A DNA stretch of 14,342 nt from Bdellovibrionia bacterium (GTDB lineage Bacteria > Bdellovibrionota > UBA1018), in NCBI GenBank assembly GCA_045805065.1, contig JBJMMA010000261.1, forward strand, positions 1 to 14,342. The letters are read 5' to 3'. The notes below the pieces were generated by a model. It was not told the origin of the DNA, searched no databases, and worked only from the letters and a program-made list of their open reading frames with translations. Made by a program: the position numbers and the translations under genes. Shown here one piece after another: positions 8,402 to 14,271 of the stretch (position 1 is the first letter of the stretch; every line of letters begins with the position of its first letter).

Positions 8402-8599
8402 ATGGCTGCTACGAAACGGACCATCACGATCCGCCTTAAAAAGAGCCTGATCGCTTGCAACCCAGCTCAAAGGGCTGCGATGAGCGGTCTTGGACTTAAG
8501 CGCCGCGAGCAAGAAAAGACCTTGGAGAACACTCCTGCGGTTCGCGGAATGATCAAGAAAGTCCTTCATTTAGTTGAAGTTGTCGCTGAAACCCGCTAA
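8402..8599 (+). CDS. rpmD: 50S ribosomal protein uL30
   Basis: 65 aa, KKSLI, LGLKR, NTPAVRGMIKKV.HLV; AGGAG SD; between rpsE and rplO. Confidence 0.96.
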   Translation: MAATKRTITIRLKKSLIACNPAQRAAMSGLGLKRREQEKTLENTPAVRGMIKKVLHLVEVVAETR

Positions 8600-8602
8600 G
8601 GG

Positions 8603-8712
8603 TGACTTGCGTTAGCAAGTTAATATTCGAGATACCCACCGGAAGGGTTGAAGAAGGCCGAGCTGATATGCTCGGCCCAGGTCAAGACGGCGTACTGCGC
8701 CCGCGGATGACC
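8603..8712 (+). promoter_or_regulatory. Structured rpmD-rplO intergenic RNA (candidate cis-regulatory element)
   Basis: Stems by eye: TGACTTGC-GTTA-GCAAGTTA (8603-8622), GGCCGAGC-TGATAT-GCTCGGCC (8656-8677), GGTCA/TGACC (8680-8712) enclosing GGCGT/GCGCC. Function not shown. Confidence 0.4.
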
Positions 8713-8732
8713 GGTTAAGAAAGGTAATAAGT

Positions 8733-9209
8733 ATGTTGAAGTTGAATACGATTAAGGCTCAGCCAGGTTCTGTCCAAAAGCGCAAGCGTCTCGGACGCGG
8801 TTCAGGTTCCGGATTGGGAGCTACCGCAGGTAAAGGTGATAAGGGTCAATTGGCCCGCTCCGGTGGTGTTTCCCGCCCAGGTTTCGAAGGCGGTCAGATG
8901 CCTCTTTATCGCCGTATTCCAAAGCGCGGATTCAAGAACTTCGCACGCCGCACTCAAGCTGTTTTGAACGTTGCAGACTTGAACAAGCTTGCTATTCAGG
9001 AAGTTTCGCTGGAAACTCTCACCGCAGCTAATGCGATCAAAGGTCGTTACGATCGTCTTACGATTCTTGGAACTGGTGAATTGACCAAAGCTTTCACGGT
9101 CAAGGCACACAGAATCAGCCCATCTGCTCAGGAAAAAATCACCAAGGCAGGCGGGAAGGTTGAATTGCTTCCAATTCCAGGCAAAAAGCCTGCTGCTAAG
9201 AGCAAGTAA
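8733..9209 (+). CDS. rplO: 50S ribosomal protein uL15
   Basis: RLGRGSGSGLG.TAGKG.KGQ, GFEGGQMPLYRRIPKRGF and KITKAGG motifs. Confidence 0.98.
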   Translation: MLKLNTIKAQPGSVQKRKRLGRGSGSGLGATAGKGDKGQLARSGGVSRPGFEGGQMPLYRRIPKRGFKNFARRTQAVLNVADLNKLAIQEVSLETLTAANAIKGRYDRLTILGTGELTKAFTVKAHRISPSAQEKITKAGGKVELLPIPGKKPAAKSK

Positions 9210-9256
9210 TCTTTAAAATTCACGGATTGAACATCTAGGCAAAGGAGCCTCCATTC

Positions 9257-10561
9257 ATGTCAGGTGCTGACGGCGTTGTAAAGATTCCGGAACTTCGTAA
9301 GCGGATCCTTTTTACGTTGGGCATGTTGGCTGTATATCGGATTGGGGTGCATATCCCAACTCCCGGCGTGAACGGAGTTGCTCTTCAGCAACTCTTCGCA
9401 AACATGAAAGGAACCATTTTTGGTTTCTTCAACATGTTTAGCGGAGGGGCTCTTCAACGCTTCAGCGTCTTTGCCCTAGGTGTGATGCCTTACATCAGCA
9501 GCTCTATTATTTTTCAGCTGTTGACAGTCGTTTGGCCATATCTGCATGAGCTTCAAAAAGAAGGTCAGCAAGGTCAAAAGAAGATTACCCAATACACCCG
9601 CTATGGAACGGTGGTTCTTTGTTTAGTTCAAGGTTACGGCATCGCTGCTGGTCTTGAGCATTACACGAACCCACCGGTGGTATCCGATCCAGGCATGGCC
9701 TTTCGTCTTTTGACGACTGTCACTTTGACAGCAGGTACTGTGTTTTTGATGTGGGTCGGCGAGCAAATGTCGGAGCGTGGTATTGGTAATGGTATCTCGT
9801 TGCTGATCTATGCCGGTATTGCCGCAGGCATTCCTGGTGGCATTGGAAGTACCTTTAGTCTTTATCGCTCGGGCGAGATGAGCATGTTCAAGATCCTTCT
9901 GATCTTGGCAGTCATCGTTGCTACCTTTTTCGCGATTATTTTCGTGGAAAGAGGAGCGCGCCGGATTCCAATTCAATATGCAAAGCGCATTGTGGGCCGA
10001 AAGGTGTATGGCGGTCAAAATACCAGTCTACCTCTTAAGGTAAATACATCTGGCGTTATCCCACCGATTTTCGCTTCGTCCTTGATTGCATTTCCTGCGA
10101 CGATCGGAACCTTTGTTTCGTCTCAGGTTATTCAACGTTTCAGCTCAATGCTGCAGCCAGGTGGTTTGCTTTACAATATCCTGTTTGTCGGACTGATTAT
10201 CTTTTTCTGCTACTTCTATACTGCAGTGACTTTCAAGACGGACGACGTTTCCGATAATCTGAAGAAGTATGGCGGATTTATTCCAGGTATTCGTCCAGGT
10301 CAGCCAACTGCTCAGTATATTGATTATGTCCTTTCAAGGATTACTTTGGGCGGGGCAATTTACATTTCTTTGATCTGTATTCTTCCGACCCTGCTCACAC
10401 AGCAACTTAAGGTGCCATTCTACTTCGGTGGAACCAGCGTTTTGATTCTGGTAGGCGTGGCCCTTGATACCGTAGCTCAAATTGAAACCTTCCTATTGAC
10501 TCGTAACTATGAAGGCTTCATGAAGCACACTCGTCTGAAGGGCAGAGCGGCTTACACATGA
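9257..10561 (+). CDS. secY: Preprotein translocase subunit SecY
   Basis: 434 aa multi-TM protein with FSVFALGVMPYISSSII, GIGNGISL, GVIPPIFASS, FIPGIRPG and FGGTSVLI motifs. Confidence 0.99.
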   Translation: MSGADGVVKIPELRKRILFTLGMLAVYRIGVHIPTPGVNGVALQQLFANMKGTIFGFFNMFSGGALQRFSVFALGVMPYISSSIIFQLLTVVWPYLHELQKEGQQGQKKITQYTRYGTVVLCLVQGYGIAAGLEHYTNPPVVSDPGMAFRLLTTVTLTAGTVFLMWVGEQMSERGIGNGISLLIYAGIAAGIPGGIGSTFSLYRSGEMSMFKILLILAVIVATFFAIIFVERGARRIPIQYAKRIVGRKVYGGQNTSLPLKVNTSGVIPPIFASSLIAFPATIGTFVSSQVIQRFSSMLQPGGLLYNILFVGLIIFFCYFYTAVTFKTDDVSDNLKKYGGFIPGIRPGQPTAQYIDYVLSRITLGGAIYISLICILPTLLTQQLKVPFYFGGTSVLILVGVALDTVAQIETFLLTRNYEGFMKHTRLKGRAAYT

Positions 10562-11205
10562 TTCTCATTTTTCTCGGGCCTCCAGGCTCCGGTAAAGGTA
10601 CGCAAGCGAAGCGGCTTTCAGCTGAGAAAGGCTGGCCGCAGCTGTCTACCGGAGACATGCTCCGCGGGGCAATTTCCCAGGGCACAAAGTTGGGCCTTGA
10701 AGCCAAGAGCTTCATGGACAAGGGAATGCTTGTTCCTGACTCCGTTGTGATCGGTTTGATTGCCGAGCGCATTGGTGCATCTGACTGCAAAAACGGTTTT
10801 ATCTTGGATGGCTTTCCAAGGACGATCCCTCAAGCTGAAGCGCTGGACGTCATGTTGACTAAAGTCGGACGTGGCGTGGACCAAGTCATTCTTTTTGAGA
10901 TCGAAGATCAAGAGCTAGTTTCGCGTTTGTCAGGTCGCAGAACATGCCCGAATTGCGGCGCAATGTTTCATGTCCAAACTCTCAAGCCCAAGGTTGACGG
11001 AGTTTGTGATGTCTGTAGCACGTCGCTCGTTCAGCGCGATGATGACAAAACAGAAGTGATTCAAAAACGTCTAAAAGTTTACCACGAGCAAACAGCTCCT
11101 GTTGCTGGTTACTATCAGCAACAGCAAAAGCTTGCGCGCTTAAATGCCGCTCAAGGATTTGATGAAGTTGCCAGCGCTCTAGACCAGCTCTTGAGAAAGC
11201 GATAA
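10558..11205 (+). CDS. adk: Adenylate kinase (zinc-binding LID)
   Basis: P-loop GPPGSGKGT, STGDMLR, GFILDGFPRT, LID C-x2-C-x16-C-x2-C, QRDDD; ATGA overlap with the secY stop. Confidence 0.98.
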   Translation: MILIFLGPPGSGKGTQAKRLSAEKGWPQLSTGDMLRGAISQGTKLGLEAKSFMDKGMLVPDSVVIGLIAERIGASDCKNGFILDGFPRTIPQAEALDVMLTKVGRGVDQVILFEIEDQELVSRLSGRRTCPNCGAMFHVQTLKPKVDGVCDVCSTSLVQRDDDKTEVIQKRLKVYHEQTAPVAGYYQQQQKLARLNAAQGFDEVASALDQLLRKR

Positions 11206-11217
11206 TCGGACTGAATT

Positions 11218-11970
11218 ATGATTTACCTGAAGTCCGAGCGTGAGCTCAATCTCATGAGAAAAGCTGGAGCGATTGTCGCTCAAATTCTTGATGACATGGC
11301 TAAGATGGCTGCTCCTGGGGTTTCTACCGGAGAGCTTGATCGGTTTGCCGAAGCTCGTATTAAAGAGCTTGGCGCTAAGCCGGCCTTTAAAGGGTATAAC
11401 GGCTTTCCAGCCTGTGTTTGCATTTCCGTGAACCAAGAAGTTGTTCATGGCATCCCTTCAAATAAGCGCGTTCTTAAAGACGGCGATATTGTAGGTTTGG
11501 ACTTCGGTGTAATTTATGACGGCTGGTATGGCGACTCTGCTCGCACGATTCCAGTTGGAAAGATTTCAGATGAAGCTCAAAAGTTGCTCGATGTAACTAA
11601 AGAAAGCTTATATCGAGGCATTGCTCAATGCCGTGAAGGTAACAGAGTTTTCGATATTGGCCATGCGGTCCAAAATTATGTTGAAAACTTTGGATACGGG
11701 GTGGTAAGGGAGTTCGTTGGTCACGGTATAGGTCGAGCCCTCCATGAGGATCCGCAGGTTCCAAACTACGGACCGAAAGGAAAAGGCCCGGCTTTAAAAG
11801 TGGGTATGGTCTTGGCGATTGAGCCAATGATCAATGCTGGTAGCCACGAAGTGAAGGTCCTAAAGGACGGCTGGACGGCCGTAACTGTGGATAATTCTCT
11901 TTCTGCTCATTTTGAGCATACGGTAGCTATCACTCCAAATGGCCCGGAAATCTTGACGGCGCTTCAGTAG
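11218..11970 (+). CDS. map: Type I methionine aminopeptidase
   Basis: VVHGIP, D...DSA, GHGIGRALHEDP, IEPMI and SAHFEHT metal-ligand motifs. Confidence 0.98.
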   Translation: MIYLKSERELNLMRKAGAIVAQILDDMAKMAAPGVSTGELDRFAEARIKELGAKPAFKGYNGFPACVCISVNQEVVHGIPSNKRVLKDGDIVGLDFGVIYDGWYGDSARTIPVGKISDEAQKLLDVTKESLYRGIAQCREGNRVFDIGHAVQNYVENFGYGVVREFVGHGIGRALHEDPQVPNYGPKGKGPALKVGMVLAIEPMINAGSHEVKVLKDGWTAVTVDNSLSAHFEHTVAITPNGPEILTALQ

Positions 11971-12007
11971 GGGGTCTCGAGTCAGAACCCGCTTGAAGAG
12001 GTTAGGA

Positions 12008-12037
12008 TTGTGTCTTTTGGATTTTGTTCTGTAAAGT
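12008..12037 (+). promoter_or_regulatory. Possible sigma70-type promoter upstream of infA
   Basis: TTGTGT (12008-12013), 18-nt spacer, TAAAGT (12032-12037) within a T-rich 110-nt spacer; partial consensus only. Confidence 0.25.
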
Positions 12038-12080
12038 TAAAGGTTTAGGTGAATTGACTTAGGTTTTTGAGAGTTCGGTC

Positions 12081-12299
12081 ATGTCTAAAGACGACGCGAT
12101 TCAAGTAGATGGCACTGTGCTCGAGCCACTTCCAAACGCGATGTTTCGAGTAGAGTTGCCGAACGGCCATATGATTTTGGCCCATATTTCAGGAAAAATG
12201 AGGATGAACTACATCAAGATTTTACCTGGAGACAAAGTTACGGTAGAGATGTCGCCCTACGATCTGACTCGAGGGCGCATCACTTATAGAGTGAAGTGA
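12081..12299 (+). CDS. infA: Translation initiation factor IF-1
   Basis: 72 aa, [22 protein letters not shown] and [13 protein letters not shown] motifs. Confidence 0.99.
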   Translation: MSKDDAIQVDGTVLEPLPNAMFRVELPNGHMILAHISGKMRMNYIKILPGDKVTVEMSPYDLTRGRITYRVK

Positions 12300-12306
12300 C
12301 CGTTTT

Positions 12307-12347
12307 GATCGCTGGTTACGAAGATTCTTCTAACGGGCGGTCGTTTT
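12307..12347 (+). terminator. Long imperfect hairpin plus short U-tract after infA (terminator-like or processing stem)
   Basis: About 15 bp of pairing across 12307-12342 (GATCGCT/GGCGGTC, GTTA/TAAC, GAAG/CTTC, loop ATT) followed by GTTTT. Confidence 0.35.
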
Positions 12348-12372
12348 GAAAATTGGAGCGTTAAGTAGATTT

Positions 12373-12486
12373 ATGAAAGTCCGCGCATCGGTAAAAAAGA
12401 TTTGTGACAAGTGTAAAGTGGTTCGTCGTATGGGTGTGGTTCGAGTGATTTGTGAAAATCCTCGCCACAAGCAGCGTCAGGGTTAA
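12373..12486 (+). CDS. rpmJ: 50S ribosomal protein bL36 (zinc-ribbon C+ type)
   Basis: Hand translation: [37 protein letters not shown], 37 aa; absent from the ORF track; canonical position infA-rpmJ-rpsM. Confidence 0.98.
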   Translation: MKVRASVKKICDKCKVVRRMGVVRVICENPRHKQRQG

Positions 12487-12503
12487 TTAATTCAAAAAGC
12501 GAA

Positions 12504-12627
12504 GTGTTCAAATCGAGAATTATCCTGTATAACGCAGGACTCTTCGAGAACACGGCGAGAAGTTTCTGAAACTCTCTGGGGTTTGCCGGAGAATTTTGGA
12601 AGTTGATTGGATGTTACAGGTTGTAAC
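12504..12627 (+). promoter_or_regulatory. Structured rpsM leader region (position of the alpha-operon promoter/leader)
   Basis: 157-nt spacer with nested stems GTGTTC/GAACAC, TCGA/TCGA, TCCTG/CAGGA (12504-12553), AGTTT/AAACT (12561-12573), GTTACA-GGT-TGTAAC (12613-12627) and a -10-like TATAAC at 12528-12533. Confidence 0.4.
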
Positions 12628-12643
12628 GAAAGGCAGGTAAACA

Positions 12644-13027
12644 GTGGCTCGTATCGCGGGAGTCGACCTCCCACGCAATAAGCGAATGGAAGTGGCATTG
12701 ACCTATATCTACGGTATTGGTCGTCCGATGGCTAAGAAGATCTTGGCTGAAGCAAGCATTGACTTGAGCAAAAAGTCTGATGCTCTTACGGAAGCTGAAG
12801 TGGCTAAGATCAGAGAGATCATCGACCGCTCTCATCGCGTGGAAGGTGATTTGCGCCGTGAAGTCAGCTTGAGCATTAAGCGCTTGGTTGACTTGGGTTG
12901 CTATCGTGGAACTCGCCACCGTAAAGGTTTGCCAGTTCACGGCCAAAGAACTCATTCGAATGCTCGTACCCGTAAGGGTCCAGCGGTCGCTATTGCCGGA
13001 AAGAAATCCGTCAAGGCGATGAAGTAA
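12644..13027 (+). CDS. rpsM: 30S ribosomal protein uS13
   Basis: GTG start; [27 protein letters not shown] and [20 protein letters not shown] motifs. Confidence 0.99.
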   Translation: MARIAGVDLPRNKRMEVALTYIYGIGRPMAKKILAEASIDLSKKSDALTEAEVAKIREIIDRSHRVEGDLRREVSLSIKRLVDLGCYRGTRHRKGLPVHGQRTHSNARTRKGPAVAIAGKKSVKAMK

Positions 13028-13042
13028 TTAGGTTAGGGATTT

Positions 13043-13504
13043 ATGTCTGAACAAAAAACCGAAGCTACTAAAGTAGAAAAAAAAGAAGGAGCAGCAGCTC
13101 CTGCCGCTTCCGCTGGTGCAGAACCAGTCGTGAAGCGCGTTAAGAGAGGCAAGAAGAACGTTTCCGCTGGAAACGTTTATGTTCTCTCTTCATTCAACAA
13201 CACGATCGTCACCATCACCGACACGATGGGTAATGCTATCGCTTGGGCGAGTGCAGGTGGCAAAGGATTCCGCGGTTCCCGCAAGAACACGCCTTTCGCT
13301 GCTCAGGTTGCAGCTGAAGACGCTGCTCGTAAAGCGGCTGAAAATGGAATGCGCTCTGTGCAAGTTTATGTGAGCGGCCCAGGCGCCGGTCGCGAATCGG
13401 CTCTGAGAGCTTTGGCTTCCGTGGGTCTTCGTGTGACTTATATCGAAGACGTGACGCCAATTCCTCACAATGGATGCCGTCCGCCAAAGCGTAGGAGAGT
13501 GTGA
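13043..13504 (+). CDS. rpsK: 30S ribosomal protein uS11 (N-terminal extension)
   Basis: [31 protein letters not shown] and [18 protein letters not shown] motifs. Confidence 0.98.
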   Translation: MSEQKTEATKVEKKEGAAAPAASAGAEPVVKRVKRGKKNVSAGNVYVLSSFNNTIVTITDTMGNAIAWASAGGKGFRGSRKNTPFAAQVAAEDAARKAAENGMRSVQVYVSGPGAGRESALRALASVGLRVTYIEDVTPIPHNGCRPPKRRRV

Positions 13505-13507
13505 TTT

Positions 13508-14125
13508 ATGGGTCATTCAGTATGCAGACTTTGCCGTCGTGAAAATCAAAAGCTGTTCTTGAAAGGCGACCGTTGCAATACGGACAAATGCGCTTTCGAA
13601 CGCCGTGGATATCCACCTGGTCAACATGGCCAGGGCCGTATCAAGTTCTCTGAGTACGGTCTTCAACTTCGCGAGAAGCAGAAGATTAAGAGAATCTATG
13701 GATTGCAAGAAAAGCAATTCCGTAACCTCTTTGCCGATGCTGATCGCAAGAAGGGCGTTACTGGCAACAACCTTTTGAGCATGCTCGAGCGTCGTTTGGA
13801 CAACGTTGCTTACCGCGCTGGATTCGCAAACTCCCGCGCTGAAGCACGTCAGCTTGTTCGCCACGGCCACTTCGTTGTGAATGGCCACAAGGTCAACATC
13901 CCTTCGTTCCTCGTGGGCAAGGGTGACATGGTTGAAGTCCGTGAAAAGAGCCGTAACACCGCTCGTATCATGGGCGCCCTCGAAGGCGTGAAGCGTCGCG
14001 AGATCCCACAATGGATCGAGCTCGATGCTGCAGGCATGAAGGGCCGTGTTCGCGATCTTCCGACCCGTGATGATGTCACGGCTCCAATGGAAGAGCGCCT
14101 CGTGGTCGAATTGTACTCGAAATAA
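13508..14125 (+). CDS. rpsD: 30S ribosomal protein uS4 (zinc-binding C+ type)
   Basis: [16 protein letters not shown]...[26 protein letters not shown] and LVVELYSK motifs; AGGAGAG SD inside the rpsK 3' end. Confidence 0.98.
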   Translation: MGHSVCRLCRRENQKLFLKGDRCNTDKCAFERRGYPPGQHGQGRIKFSEYGLQLREKQKIKRIYGLQEKQFRNLFADADRKKGVTGNNLLSMLERRLDNVAYRAGFANSRAEARQLVRHGHFVVNGHKVNIPSFLVGKGDMVEVREKSRNTARIMGALEGVKRREIPQWIELDAAGMKGRVRDLPTRDDVTAPMEERLVVELYSK

Positions 14126-14138
14126 TCTTGAGAATACT

Positions 14139-14166
14139 GGGCAGGGCGAAAGCTCTGCCCTGTTTT
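14139..14166 (+). terminator. Intrinsic (Rho-independent) terminator-like hairpin after rpsD
   Basis: GGGCAGGGC-GAAA-GCTCTGCCC (9 bp, one G-U, GNRA loop) followed by TGTTTT, 13 nt after the rpsD stop. Confidence 0.65.
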
Positions 14167-14271
14167 ACGAGTATCTAGGGAACTTGTTAACCATCTGTAT
14201 ACTCCCCGCATGGCTTGGAGTGGCTTTCCCTAGTGGCCACTTAGAGCGAGGGGATAACAGGAGAATGATCG

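Noticed and set aside
292..8714. GACCGG hexamer in three spacers (292, 8365, 8709)
   Set aside because: Too short, with inconsistent position relative to stops and starts, to separate from chance.
6975..9230. Exact 12-nt repeat TTCACGGATTGA at 6975-6986 and 9219-9230
   Set aside because: Several 12-mer repeats are expected by chance in 14 kb; one copy is coding (LHGL in uL6) and nothing suggests a duplication or insertion boundary.
2127..12646. Non-ATG starts (GTG for rpsS, rpmC, rplE, rpsM; TTG for rpsN) as a regulatory system
   Set aside because: Ordinary in r-protein operons; each has an SD-like sequence, and the rpsM GTG is also found in E. coli.
12371..12698. Minus-strand ORFs 12371-12553 and 12492-12698 across the rpmJ-rpsM region
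   Set aside because: Antisense to rpmJ and rpsM with no recognisable protein features; rpmJ on the + strand explains the coding signal.
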